A stretch of DNA of 64,000 nucleotides from Christensenella sp. UBA7102 (GCA_002492415.1 DKYK01000031.1:21629-85628); one strand, 5' to 3'. Positions 8,379 to 18,374 are shown, counted from the stretch's first letter. A program made the numbers and translations. Notes: a model not told the origin generated them from the sequence alone.

Positions 8379-9872
8379 TTAATCCTTTTTGTTAAGAACA
8401 GTCTGCCACTTGCCGCTGCGATAGCGCAGCGTGATGAGCAGCGTGCGCAGGCATTGATCGGCGACCAGGGCGACCCAAGCGCCGGGAAGGCCCCAATCCA
8501 GCAGAAAGACGGCCAGCAGAGCGACGCCGGGGCGCACGAGCATCACGGTGGCGAAGATGACCTTGGCGGTGTACTTGGTGTCGCCCGCGCCGCGCAGCGC
8601 GCCGGAAAGCACGAACTGCGAGGATTGCAGCGGCTGGATCAGCGCCACCATCTTGAGCAGCCACGGACCGAGCGCGATGATCTCGGGATCATCGGAGTAG
8701 AGCATGATGATCTGTTTACCGAAGAAAAACAGCACGATCGCCAACGCAAAGGACACCGCCATGCCCACGCGCTGCGTGCGGCGGGAGTAATGCACCGCCA
8801 TGTCCGCCCGCAGCTTGCCCAAGCTCTGCCCCACCAGCGAGGTGGCAGAGACCGCGAAGGCCTGACCCGTCATGAAGGTGAGGGAGAGTATGTTCAGACA
8901 CACCTGGTGACAAGCCAGCATCACGGTGCCCAGCGAGGCCACGGTCTTCGCGTATACGATCATGCCCACGCGCATGCACAGCTGCTCCACCATTGAGGGC
9001 AAGCCGATGCGCGCAATGTCTCCTATGGTCTCCCGATCCGGCTTAAAGCCCATGCGCAGGTTGAGATGAACGTATTGGTTGGGCTGAAGAACCGCAATGA
9101 GCGCGATGACGAAGGCAACGCCCTGCGCAAGGCTTGTCGCCAGCGACGCACCCGCCACCTCAAGCCGCGGAAAGCCGAATTTTCCGTAGATGAACAGGTA
9201 GTTGAGCGCGACATTGACCAGGTTTGCCGTCGTATTGTAAAACAGCGCGGTGCGCGAGTTGCCCGCGCCGCGCAATGCATTTGTGATGGTGGTGGTCAGC
9301 GCCAGGAAGGTCAGGCCCAGCATCTGCACCTGCAGATACTGCGTACCACCGACGAGCGTCTGCTGATCCTGCGCGCCCATGAAACGCACCAGAGGCTCGG
9401 CAAATACAAATCCCAGCACCGCAAACAGCAGCGAAAGCACAAAATTGACCATCAGCGACTGGCGAAGCACCAGCTGCGCCTTATCCTGCCGCCCTGCCCC
9501 CTTGTGCCGCGCCACCATGGTCATGCAGCCCACATTGAGCGCGTTGAACATCGTGGAGAGCAGAAACTTGGGCTGCGTCGTCAGACCCACAGAAGTGATG
9601 GCCCACGCGCCCAGCTGTCCCACCATCATCAGGTCCACCATGCTCGTCAGCTGCGTCAGCAGCAGCTCCAACAGGGAGGGCCAGGCGATGGCAACGATAT
9701 CGCCATACAGTTCCCGGGAAGAAACGTTCCCGGGCAGCGCCAGACGGCGCGGCAGCTTTTGCCCAATTGCAGACGGATCGCCCCAGTCCAGCTTATCTAA
9801 TGCAATGTGCACCCCGCGCGTTTTTGTTTGCGGTATCGTTTTCTCAGAACCACTTGGCCGCAATGAAGCCAT
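8379..9872 (-). CDS. MATE family efflux transporter
   Basis: The track start at 9881 is GTG; ATG 9872 (MASLRPSG) is more likely. About 12 TM segments with a MATE-like N-terminus (IAWPSLLELLLTQLTSMVDLMMVGQLG). The start is uncertain by 3 codons. Confidence 0.85.
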   Translation of the reverse strand: MASLRPSGSEKTIPQTKTRGVHIALDKLDWGDPSAIGQKLPRRLALPGNVSSRELYGDIVAIAWPSLLELLLTQLTSMVDLMMVGQLGAWAITSVGLTTQPKFLLSTMFNALNVGCMTMVARHKGAGRQDKAQLVLRQSLMVNFVLSLLFAVLGFVFAEPLVRFMGAQDQQTLVGGTQYLQVQMLGLTFLALTTTITNALRGAGNSRTALFYNTTANLVNVALNYLFIYGKFGFPRLEVAGASLATSLAQGVAFVIALIAVLQPNQYVHLNLRMGFKPDRETIGDIARIGLPSMVEQLCMRVGMIVYAKTVASLGTVMLACHQVCLNILSLTFMTGQAFAVSATSLVGQSLGKLRADMAVHYSRRTQRVGMAVSFALAIVLFFFGKQIIMLYSDDPEIIALGPWLLKMVALIQPLQSSQFVLSGALRGAGDTKYTAKVIFATVMLVRPGVALLAVFLLDWGLPGAWVALVADQCLRTLLITLRYRSGKWQTVLNKKD

Positions 9873-9999
9873 GAATACCACGCCCCTTAATGATTTTTCT
9901 ATGGTTTCATCATAGCATCAAGCGGAGGTTCTGTCAACAAATGAGAAGAGCGGGCGCGACCGGTGGATCCGGCTGCGCCCGCCCGAGGGGATGCGGATG

Positions 10000-11700
10000 T
10001 TAGAATACGCGGAAGCCGCAGATGAAGTGGCTGGTCCAATAATTCGAGGAGGTGATGCCCGAAGTGGTGCGCACCTTGCCCTTGGAAGAGGAGGCGTCGA
10101 TCATCTTGCCGCCGCCCAGGTAGATGGCGACATGGCCGCTGTAGACGATGATGTCGCCGCGTTCCAGCTTGCTCATGGAGGTGATCTTGGGATATTTGGT
10201 GGACTTGGCCCAACTGGCGCTGGTCATGTAGCCCTGCGAGACGCCTGCCTGGTTGAGGCACCAGTAGACAAAGCCCGAGCAATCGAACTGGTTGGGTCCT
10301 TTCGCACCGAAGACATAGGTGCTGCCCAGCTTGGATTCGGCGATGTCGATGAACCGTTCCACGCGGGAGGTATTGGCAGAGCCCACCGAGGATCCGCCGG
10401 AAGAACCGGAGGATCCGCCCGAGGAACCGGACGAACCGCCCGAAGAGGAGCCCGAGGAGGCTTTCTTGGCGGAGGAGGAGGTCAGTGCGTTCATGGTGAC
10501 CTTACCCACCGTGCCGTCCTGCGAAAGCCCATTGCGCTTCTGGAAGGCCTTGACGGCCGATTCGGTTTGCGAGCCGTAATAGCCGGTGACGTTGCTCATG
10601 TACCCCAGTTTCTTGAGGCGGGTCTGTACGTTCCGGACATCGCTGCCCTCCATGCCCAGTTTAAGCGCGTTGGACAGTGCTGAGGAGGATTTGAGGAGCT
10701 TAATGGTGTTGTAGCCTAGGAAGCCGTCCGCGATCAGACCGTTGATCTCCTGGAAGCGCTTGACAGCCATCACGGTGTCCTTGCCGTAGTTGCCGTCCGG
10801 GGTAGTGGTCAGGTAACCCAGTTTTTTGAGCCTCTCCTGATATTCCTTAATTTCGTCGCTCTGCTCGCCGTACTTGTGGAAGTTTGCGTTGGCCTCCTCC
10901 GAATAGAGGAGCTCGCGGGTCTTGCTGCCCACCTTGCCGTCCACAGTCAGCTTGTTGAGCTCCTGAAATTTTTTGACGGCCTCTACGGTGATCTCGCCGA
11001 AGTGGCTGGTGACCTCATCCATGTATCCCAGCTCGCGCAGGCGGATTTGCAGTTCCTTGACGTCGGTGCCGTCCATGCCCTGCATTACAGTGTAGTGCTG
11101 TGCATCTTCGCTCATGAGAGCATTCCAGGTTTCCAGACCCGTACAGCCGTCCACGTCCAGCTCATGCTGGCGCTGAAACAGCTTGATGGCGCCCTGCGTG
11201 ATGCTGCCGTAGTATTCGGTGGGTTCATCCTCTTCCATGTAGCCCAGCTTCATCAGCCGTTCCTGGATTTCCGCAACGCAGCGGGCCTCTGTGCCGTATT
11301 TGATGACGGTATTGGTGGGGTGAGGCTCCGGCGTGGGCGTCGGTTCAGGGGTGGGCGTGGGTTCCGGAGTCGCAACGGATTCAGCGGAAACCGGCATCAC
11401 AGTATCCCCCTGCTGACCACCGCCACTGGCGCTCAGAGACGTGGACTGCTTTTGACGCAGCTGCACGGAGTCGCCCTGGGCAGGCCGGTTGGCCATGCTC
11501 GATTGAATGGCAAGGCCTGCGCCAACGGGAATGGCCAGCACCAGCACGGCGCCCGCGATGAGCAACGCCAGCCTAGCCGGTCCCAACCCCTGCAGCCATG
11601 CCTTGATGTAATAGTATTTTTTGCGCGTCCGCTTGGCGTAGCGGCCCTCGCGCCGTTCTTTTTCGGTGTTGTCTTGACTCATGACAGTACCGTCCTTCAT
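10000..11700 (-). CDS. membrane-anchored cell-wall hydrolase: 4 x PG-binding repeats + C-terminal NlpC/P60 (C40) peptidase
   Basis: N-terminal TM segment (LALLIAGAVLVLAIPV) and a PEPTPTPEPTPTPEP linker. Four repeats of the type xxLQxRLxxLGYxxxxxxxYGxxTxxAVKxFQxxNxLxxDG. An SSGSSSGGSSGSSGGSS linker. C40 core FDCSGFVYWC...GDIIVYSGHVAIYLG. The start could be ATG 11700 or ATG 11682. Confidence 0.9.
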   Translation of the reverse strand: MKDGTVMSQDNTEKERREGRYAKRTRKKYYYIKAWLQGLGPARLALLIAGAVLVLAIPVGAGLAIQSSMANRPAQGDSVQLRQKQSTSLSASGGGQQGDTVMPVSAESVATPEPTPTPEPTPTPEPHPTNTVIKYGTEARCVAEIQERLMKLGYMEEDEPTEYYGSITQGAIKLFQRQHELDVDGCTGLETWNALMSEDAQHYTVMQGMDGTDVKELQIRLRELGYMDEVTSHFGEITVEAVKKFQELNKLTVDGKVGSKTRELLYSEEANANFHKYGEQSDEIKEYQERLKKLGYLTTTPDGNYGKDTVMAVKRFQEINGLIADGFLGYNTIKLLKSSSALSNALKLGMEGSDVRNVQTRLKKLGYMSNVTGYYGSQTESAVKAFQKRNGLSQDGTVGKVTMNALTSSSAKKASSGSSSGGSSGSSGGSSGSSGGSSVGSANTSRVERFIDIAESKLGSTYVFGAKGPNQFDCSGFVYWCLNQAGVSQGYMTSASWAKSTKYPKITSMSKLERGDIIVYSGHVAIYLGGGKMIDASSSKGKVRTTSGITSSNYWTSHFICGFRVF

Positions 11701-11788
11701 CACTTTTTTCCATCCAATAGTATAAATGGACGATAAAGCGATGTCAAACGTTTGCGCCGGATTGTTACAACTCCGAAACAGCGGCAGA

Positions 11789-13642
11789 TCACAAACTGCG
11801 TCCCAGACCGGGAATCAGGCCGTTTTCCGCCATGGCAATGACGCCCAGAAGCGCGCCCCAATGGTAGAAGCGGTCGCTGTGCGCGCTATCGCAGCCCTCA
11901 CCGGTATCGGCGTTGTAATTTTCGTGGATGTGACGGTGCTCCGTCCACTCCTTCATCAGCAGGGATTCGGACTTTTGCGCCAGGTCAGCGCGCACCTTGG
12001 CCAGATCGTCGTATCCGCGCATGGCCAGATAGACCAGGAAGTTCATTGGCGCCCAGACGCGGCCGCGCCAGTACTCCTGCTCGGGGTAAGCGGGATCGTT
12101 GCGCGCGATGGAGGGCAGCATCCATTCGCCGTAAAACTCATTCGGGTCGAAGTAATGCTGCGCAATGCGCGCTCGGCGCGCGGAGGTAACACGGCTGCTG
12201 AAGAGCGCATAGAAGTTGGTGGGAGAGAGCCGTCGGGAAAATTCTCCGGTGTCGGTGCGGCGGTTGCAGTAGAAGCCGATCTCCTCGTCCCATAGGTTCT
12301 CCAGGCCGGATTCGGCGCGGGCCAGGCGAGCGAGGAGCAGCTTTTCGTCCTCCCGTTTGCCCAGCAGCCGCGCGAACTCCAGCAGGCAGCGGGTGTCCAG
12401 AATGTACAGGCCGGTAAGACCCACGTCCTTGAGGCGCAGGCGGTGTGTTTCTTTGTCAAAGGGGATGCCGTCATACATGGGGGAATTATCCAGGCCAGAC
12501 TCCAACGCCGCACCAAAGCGATCGTTGACGCCGTTATACTCCCAGAGGTTGCCGTATTTGGGCTCGACGGGATCGCTGCCCCAGCACAGCGCGCCGTCCG
12601 CTTCCATGCGGTAGGCAGCGAACCAGACGTTCCATTGCAGCAGCATGGGATAGAGAAACTCGACCAGCCAGCGGTCTTTATGGATGCGATAGATTTCGCG
12701 CAGCATCGCGCTTCCCACCGGCGGCTGAGAACGATCCTCGCTGCGCAGACCTGTGCCGTCGATGAAATTGGGCACAAACCCCGCTTTGGCGCGCGAGAGC
12801 GTCATCGCGATGAGATTGGAATAGGCCAGGTGTTTGTCCCGCAGAGAGGCCATAAACGCGGCGAAGTAATTGTCCCAGCAAAAAAGCACGTAACCGCCGT
12901 GCGAAATGGACCAAAGGCGCGACACGGGCGTGAGGATGCGGCCGTACATCGCGTCGTAGGTGGTGTCCCAGCAGAGCGCGCATTCCATCGCCTCATAGGG
13001 CTCCTGGCAAGGCGCGAAGGAGTCCCGATCCATAAGATATCGCTCCCGCGCGGCGGCCATGCGGCTGCGCACCGAAGCAAGATCCAGCGGAAGATTTACG
13101 CAGAAAGCGATCTCACGGTCGAAATCTGCCGCAAGATAAGGGGCCTGTGTGGGAATGTTGGGATCGATGGGATCGTGCGGAGCGGTCATGTAGACTGTGT
13201 AGCGCTTTTCCCCCGCAACAGCGATCAGCGCGTTCTTCTCCCGCGCGCTCACGCCAGCCCGGTTCCATAGAAACCCGCTCTCCAGCACGAGCAGCGGGCT
13301 GCGCAGTTCGCGGGAAAGCGGCGTTGCCAGCAGCAGCAGCGGGCAATCGTCGCTGACGCAGGATTCGATGCGGAATTTGACGTTTTCAAACTCCACCTTG
13401 ACGGAGGTATAGCTTCCGTCCCAAGCGTGGCATTCGGGTGTGACGATCTCTGCGCCCTCCTCCAGGCGGCCGATGAGCGATTCCTTCAAATAATGGCCAT
13501 TGGCGCCGTCCTTCAGGCACACGTTGAGCGCGTAACCTGTCTCCATATCCACGTGCGAGAGCACGCTTCGCACATTCCAGGTCTGGAATCCGCGCATACG
13601 GGCAGCATCCAGCTTTTTGTATTCTTCGGGCAGGTGCAGCAT
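11789..13642 (-). CDS. (alpha/alpha)6 glycoside hydrolase, GH63 / mannosyl- or glucosyl-glycerate hydrolase-like
   Basis: The track ORF extends to 13768. ATG 13642 (MLHLPEEYKK) follows an AGGGAGGA SD. Motifs ESGLDNSPMYD, RGRVWAPMNFLVYLA and HENYNADTGEG resemble clan GH-G (GH63/GH37) enzymes. No signal peptide. Confidence 0.7.
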   Translation of the reverse strand: MLHLPEEYKKLDAARMRGFQTWNVRSVLSHVDMETGYALNVCLKDGANGHYLKESLIGRLEEGAEIVTPECHAWDGSYTSVKVEFENVKFRIESCVSDDCPLLLLATPLSRELRSPLLVLESGFLWNRAGVSAREKNALIAVAGEKRYTVYMTAPHDPIDPNIPTQAPYLAADFDREIAFCVNLPLDLASVRSRMAAARERYLMDRDSFAPCQEPYEAMECALCWDTTYDAMYGRILTPVSRLWSISHGGYVLFCWDNYFAAFMASLRDKHLAYSNLIAMTLSRAKAGFVPNFIDGTGLRSEDRSQPPVGSAMLREIYRIHKDRWLVEFLYPMLLQWNVWFAAYRMEADGALCWGSDPVEPKYGNLWEYNGVNDRFGAALESGLDNSPMYDGIPFDKETHRLRLKDVGLTGLYILDTRCLLEFARLLGKREDEKLLLARLARAESGLENLWDEEIGFYCNRRTDTGEFSRRLSPTNFYALFSSRVTSARRARIAQHYFDPNEFYGEWMLPSIARNDPAYPEQEYWRGRVWAPMNFLVYLAMRGYDDLAKVRADLAQKSESLLMKEWTEHRHIHENYNADTGEGCDSAHSDRFYHWGALLGVIAMAENGLIPGLGRSL

Positions 13643-13820
13643 AGTTCGATCCTCCCTGATGCCTTTGTGATGATTGCGCAGTTGCGCTGTCTTGAGTGTA
13701 GCACGGGACGGTCGGTTTTTCAACTGCACAGATTTATTTGTATGCGGGCGATTGCACCCGGCGCGCAAAACTGGTAGAATGATGGGGGCGGTTTGATTTT
13801 ATGGAAAGGGTATACCGAAT

Positions 13821-15194
13821 ATGGCAAACAAGATCAAGGACATGACTAAAGGCAGCCCGGCAAAGCTGATCTTCACCTTTGCGCTGCCGCTGATGCTGGG
13901 CAATATCTTCCAGCAGCTCTATACGGTGGTGGATACCGCCATTGTGGGGCGGTTTGTGGGCGTGGAGGCGCTGGCCTCGGTGGGCGCGGCAGACTGGCCC
14001 AACTGGATGGTGCTGGGCATCGTAACGGGCTTTGCACAGGGCTTTTGCATCCTCATCTCGCAGCGCTTTGGCGCGGGAGACGGAGCGGGGCTGCGCCGCG
14101 CGGTGAGCCACACTTACGCGCTGGGGTTGCTGATGGGCGCGCTCATCACGCTGCTGGCGCATCTGGCGGCCAAGCCCATTTTGCTGCTGCTGGACACGCC
14201 CAAGAGCGTGCTGGGCGGATCGATGACCTATCTGCGCATCTCCTACTCGGGCATCATGGTGGTGATGGCGTACAACGTGCTCTCCTCCGTGCTGCGCGCG
14301 CTGGGCGACTCGCGCACGCCGCTGGTGGCCATGACCATCGCCTCGGCGGTAAACATTGTGCTGGATCTGCTGTTCGTGTGTGTGTTCCATTGGGGCATCG
14401 CAGGCGCGGCCTGCGCGACGGTGATCGCACAGTGCGTCTCGGCGCTCTATTGTTTTGCGGTGATTCGGCGTATTGAGCTGCTGCGCCTGCAGCGGTCGGA
14501 TTTTGCGGTGGACGCGCCCACGGTGCGCCGTCTGCTGTATCTGGGCGCGCCCATGGCGTTCCAGAACGGTATCATTGCGGTGGGCGGCTTTGCGGTGCAG
14601 TACGTGCTCAACGGCCTTGGCACCATCTACATTGCGGGATATACCGCGACAAACAAGATCTACGGGCTGCTGGAGTTGGCCGCAATCTCCTATGGATTCT
14701 CCATGGCCTCCTACGCAGGGCAGAACCTGGGCGCGGGGCGGCTGGATCGCATCAAAAGCGGGATGCGCGCCGCCGTACTGATGGCGCTGGCGACCTCGGC
14801 GGTGATCTCCGTGCTGATGCTGGCCCTGGGCAGGAACATACTCTCCATGTTCATTTCAGGCGAACCGGAGGTACAGGCGCAGGTGCTGCGCGTGGCGTAT
14901 TCGTATTTGAGCGTCATGGCCTATTTGCTGTTTGTGCTGTACTTTCTGCACGTGTATCGCTCGGCGCTGCAGGGCATGGGAGATACTGTGATTCCGATGA
15001 TTTCAGGCCTGGTGGAACTGTCGATGCGCATCGGCGTAGCGCTGACGCTCTCGGGCGTGATTGGGGAGTACGCAGTGTACCTGGCTGAGCCTGCGGCCTG
15101 GACGGGAGCCGCCGTGCTGCTGATCACGGGATACTATGTGCGTATACGCCGGCTGACGCGCCGCGCTGAACTGCAAAAGAGCGACGGGAAATGA
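13821..15194 (+). CDS. MATE family efflux transporter
   Basis: 457 aa, about 12 TM segments. N-terminus KLIFTFALPLMLGNIFQQLYTVVDTAIVGRFVG is typical of the family. Confidence 0.9.
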   Translation: MANKIKDMTKGSPAKLIFTFALPLMLGNIFQQLYTVVDTAIVGRFVGVEALASVGAADWPNWMVLGIVTGFAQGFCILISQRFGAGDGAGLRRAVSHTYALGLLMGALITLLAHLAAKPILLLLDTPKSVLGGSMTYLRISYSGIMVVMAYNVLSSVLRALGDSRTPLVAMTIASAVNIVLDLLFVCVFHWGIAGAACATVIAQCVSALYCFAVIRRIELLRLQRSDFAVDAPTVRRLLYLGAPMAFQNGIIAVGGFAVQYVLNGLGTIYIAGYTATNKIYGLLELAAISYGFSMASYAGQNLGAGRLDRIKSGMRAAVLMALATSAVISVLMLALGRNILSMFISGEPEVQAQVLRVAYSYLSVMAYLLFVLYFLHVYRSALQGMGDTVIPMISGLVELSMRIGVALTLSGVIGEYAVYLAEPAAWTGAAVLLITGYYVRIRRLTRRAELQKSDGK

Positions 15195-15237
15195 GCGCAG
15201 CAGATCCTGAAGACGGATGGGTTGCGCTGTACAACAC

Positions 15238-15280
15238 AAAGGCCCCGGCATCCGAAAGCAACCGGATGCCAGGGCCTTTG
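15238..15280. terminator. bidirectional intrinsic terminator (MATE / HD convergent pair)
   Basis: AAAGGCCCCGGCATCCG-N7-CGGATGCCAGGGCCTTT, with one mismatch. Confidence 0.7.
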
Positions 15281-15285
15281 TACGC

Positions 15286-15891
15286 TTAGAGAAATTCTTC
15301 ACAAACGGCGCGCAGGCGGTTCTCGTCAGCGGCGAGGGCGCGCAGCGCATCCAGACCGGCGAGGCTGCGCGGGTCGTTCAGCCAGAAGCGCAGGTAGCCG
15401 CCGCTGAGGAACTTTTCCTGCAGGTGCGCGCGTGTGCGATCCAGATGCTGCTGCACGGTGAACCCAGGGAAATTGGCCTTGCTGTAGAGCAGGATACGGC
15501 GCAAAATGTCCCTTGGAACGATAAAATGGTCGGCGTCGGCCAGTACGCAGCCGTAGATACTGCGGGGACGCGCGTCTGATGAGGCGCGATGATCCTCAAT
15601 GGCTTCGGCGATCATGATGCGCTGGGCATCGGAAAAACACTGTTTCATGGCCTGATCCGCGAGGAAGAGCTTTGCGCTGTTCAGATGATGTTCCTTGCGC
15701 CCCAAAGGGATTCCAAGATCGTGAAAGGCCGCGGCAGCATAGATCATGCCCTCGTCCGCGCCATACCTGCGCGCCAGGTACAGCCCCTCGCGAAGCACCG
15801 CCTCCACATGGCGGCGGTCATGACCGTCGGCGAACGCATCATATTGCGGAAGAATATGAATCTTGACGTATTGCTGCAGCGCTTCACTCAT
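15286..15891 (-). CDS. HD domain-containing phosphohydrolase
   Basis: 201 aa. AAGGAG SD. H...HD motif (AAAFHDLG, ADADH). Confidence 0.8.
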   Translation of the reverse strand: MSEALQQYVKIHILPQYDAFADGHDRRHVEAVLREGLYLARRYGADEGMIYAAAAFHDLGIPLGRKEHHLNSAKLFLADQAMKQCFSDAQRIMIAEAIEDHRASSDARPRSIYGCVLADADHFIVPRDILRRILLYSKANFPGFTVQQHLDRTRAHLQEKFLSGGYLRFWLNDPRSLAGLDALRALAADENRLRAVCEEFL

Positions 15892-15966
15892 GGTTGTATG
15901 CTCCTTTGACGGTCAAAGAGTGGATATCGGGTGCACGCGAGCGCAGAGGGTGCGGCAAAGCCGCGC

Positions 15967-17115
15967 TTACAGCATGGAACGATACAGCGCGGCGATCTCC
16001 TCGACGGAGGTGTCGCGGGGATTGCCGGGGCGGCAGGCGTCGGCGTAGGCAGACTCGGCCAGAAACGGAACATCCTCTTCCTTGACGATGGCCTTGAGGT
16101 TCGCCGGGATGCCCACGTCCTGGGAGAGCTTGCGCACCGCGTCCACAGCGGCCTTGCGGTACTCGGCCTGGGTCATGTTTTCGGTGCCCGCAACGCCCAT
16201 CGCGGCGGCGATGTACTTGTACTTATCGCCGGTGGCCTCGGCGTTATACTCCATCACAACGGGAAGGATGATCGCGTTAGCCACACCATGAGGGGTATCG
16301 TAGACCGCGCCCAACGGGTGCGCCATGGAGTGCACGATGCCAAGGCCAACGTTGCTAAAGCCCATGCCCGCAACATATTGCCCCAGAGCCATGCCTTCGC
16401 GGCCCTCGGCAGTGCCCTCGACTGCCGCGCGCAGGGATTTGGAGATGATCTCGATGGCCTTGAGGTGGAACATATCCGTCATGTCCCAGGCGGCCTTGGT
16501 GGTAAAACCCTCAATAGCATGGGTCAGCGCGTCCATACCGGTGGCGGCGGTCAACCCCTTGGGCATGGTGGACATCATGTCAGGGTCGATTACCGCGATC
16601 TGAGGAATATCGTGCACATCCACACAGACGAATTTGCGGTTTTTCTCCACGTCGGTGATGACGTAGTTGATGGTGACTTCGGCCGCGGTTCCGGCGGTGG
16701 TGGGCACGGCGATGGTGAACACGCCGCGGTTCCTGGTGGGAGCGACGCCCTCAAGCGAGCGCACATCAGCGAACTCGGGGTTGTTGATGATGATGCCGAT
16801 GGCCTTGGCGGTATCCATGGAGGAGCCGCCGCCGATGGCGATGATGTAGTCGGCCTGCGAGGCCTTAAAGGCAGCCACGCCGGTCTGCACGTTTTCAATG
16901 GTGGGGTTGGGCTTGATGTTGGAATAGACTTCGTAGGCGAGACCTGCGCCGTCCAGCACGGCGAGCACTTTGGCGGTGACGCCGAACTTGATCAGATCGG
17001 GGTCGGAGCAGACGAAGGCCTTCTTAAAGCCGTGGGCCTTGACTTCGTTTGCGATCTCCTGGATCGCGCCCTTGCCGTGGTAGGAAATTTCATTCAGTAC
17101 GATGCGATTGACCAT
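15967..17115 (-). CDS. fucO: lactaldehyde reductase / 1,2-propanediol oxidoreductase (iron-containing ADH)
   Basis: The track ORF runs to 17163. ATG 17115 (MVNRIVLNEISYHGKG) follows an AAGGAGGG SD, giving 382 aa. Long blocks match what I remember of E. coli FucO (NNPEFADVRSLEG, PTTAGTAAEVTINYVITD, RKFVCVD.HDIPQ, GMGFSNVGLG.VH.MAHPLGA.Y.TPHGVANAI). Confidence 0.9.
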   Translation of the reverse strand: MVNRIVLNEISYHGKGAIQEIANEVKAHGFKKAFVCSDPDLIKFGVTAKVLAVLDGAGLAYEVYSNIKPNPTIENVQTGVAAFKASQADYIIAIGGGSSMDTAKAIGIIINNPEFADVRSLEGVAPTRNRGVFTIAVPTTAGTAAEVTINYVITDVEKNRKFVCVDVHDIPQIAVIDPDMMSTMPKGLTAATGMDALTHAIEGFTTKAAWDMTDMFHLKAIEIISKSLRAAVEGTAEGREGMALGQYVAGMGFSNVGLGIVHSMAHPLGAVYDTPHGVANAIILPVVMEYNAEATGDKYKYIAAAMGVAGTENMTQAEYRKAAVDAVRKLSQDVGIPANLKAIVKEEDVPFLAESAYADACRPGNPRDTSVEEIAALYRSML

Positions 17116-17190
17116 GATAATACCCTCCTTGGCTGTATTTGGGATGATGATATAGTATAGCACTATGATAAAAAATAAACAATGATCAAA

Positions 17191-18321
17191 TTATGAATTT
17201 CGGCGCGGGGCGACGGCGCGGGCGATGTGCGCAAGGCGGGGATAGGCGTACTCGAAAAAACCCTTATAGGCCGGGCAGAAATAATTGAGGCTGAGCTGGC
17301 CGCCGACCATGGGTTCGCGATCCCGGCGACAGCCGCCGCGACACAGAGGGCGCCACTTGCACGCCGCGCATTCCGAAGCCAGGAGCCGGGAAGTCTCAAT
17401 GAAACCGAGTGCATTGCGCGCGCGGTCGATGTCGGAAAGGCTGTCGGTGACAAGGCTGCCCAGGCGGTATTGGTCCAGCACGTAAAAGTCGCAGGGATAG
17501 ACGCTGCCGTCCGCCTCCACCACGTTCTGACGCGAACAGAAACCCATCATGCCGCAGGCCTCGGGAGGATGCCCCAGCAGCATGCCCACCAGATTTTCAA
17601 AATAGCGATTGTAGATGAAGCGGCCGTGCGTCACATCGTCGAACCACAGATCGAACAGATCCTTGAGAAAGCGCTCGTACAGCGGCGGCGTCAGCGAGTA
17701 GGGGTGGCCGCCGCGCGTTTCGCCCAAGGGGTCCAGGCAGGGGATGTATTGCTGATAGGGCAGATCGTGGCGGCGATAGAAGGCGTAGATGGACTTGATC
17801 TCCTTGGCAACCTTGGCGGTGACGACGGTGAGGATGTTAAACTCCACCTTGTGCGCTTTGAGCAGGCGGACAGTCTGCATCAGGCGATGATGCGTGCCCT
17901 GGCCGTTGGCGTCAACGCGGTGCAGGTCGTGTATGGTCTCGGTGCCGTCCAGGGAGAGGCCGACGAGAAAGCGGTTTTCCGCAAAAAAGGCGGCCCATTC
18001 ATCGTCCAGCAGCATGCCGTTGGTCTGGATGGCGTTGTGAAGCGCGACGCCGCGCGTGTTGTACTGACGCTCCAGCGCCATCAAACGGCGGTAAAAGGGG
18101 AGGCCCGACAGCGTTGGCTCGCCGCCCTGGAAGGCGAACGTGATGTCCTGCGCGCCGCTGTCCAGCGCTTTGCGCACGACGAGTTCCAGCGTGTCCTCCG
18201 TCATCATGCCAAAGGACGGAATCTGGCGCTTTTCGGTGATGTCGGCGTAAAAACAGTAGGTACAGCGCAGGTTGCAGTTGCCCGAGGCGGGCTTGATGAG
18301 CAGATGAAGCGGCGGTTGCAT
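17191..18321 (-). CDS. anaerobic sulfatase-maturating enzyme (radical SAM/SPASM)
   Basis: ATG 18321 (MQPPLHLLIKPASGNCNLRCTYCFY) follows a GAGAGGAGA SD. CX3CX2C cluster and a SPASM C-terminus (ADGSVYPCDFY...CAACKWRPLCRGGCRRD). Collinear with what I remember of Clostridium perfringens anSME. Confidence 0.85.
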   Translation of the reverse strand: MQPPLHLLIKPASGNCNLRCTYCFYADITEKRQIPSFGMMTEDTLELVVRKALDSGAQDITFAFQGGEPTLSGLPFYRRLMALERQYNTRGVALHNAIQTNGMLLDDEWAAFFAENRFLVGLSLDGTETIHDLHRVDANGQGTHHRLMQTVRLLKAHKVEFNILTVVTAKVAKEIKSIYAFYRRHDLPYQQYIPCLDPLGETRGGHPYSLTPPLYERFLKDLFDLWFDDVTHGRFIYNRYFENLVGMLLGHPPEACGMMGFCSRQNVVEADGSVYPCDFYVLDQYRLGSLVTDSLSDIDRARNALGFIETSRLLASECAACKWRPLCRGGCRRDREPMVGGQLSLNYFCPAYKGFFEYAYPRLAHIARAVAPRRNS

Positions 18322-18374
18322 GGCGCGTCTCCTCTCAATAAAATCCATATTAAGTATATCGTTGCGCGATGCTT

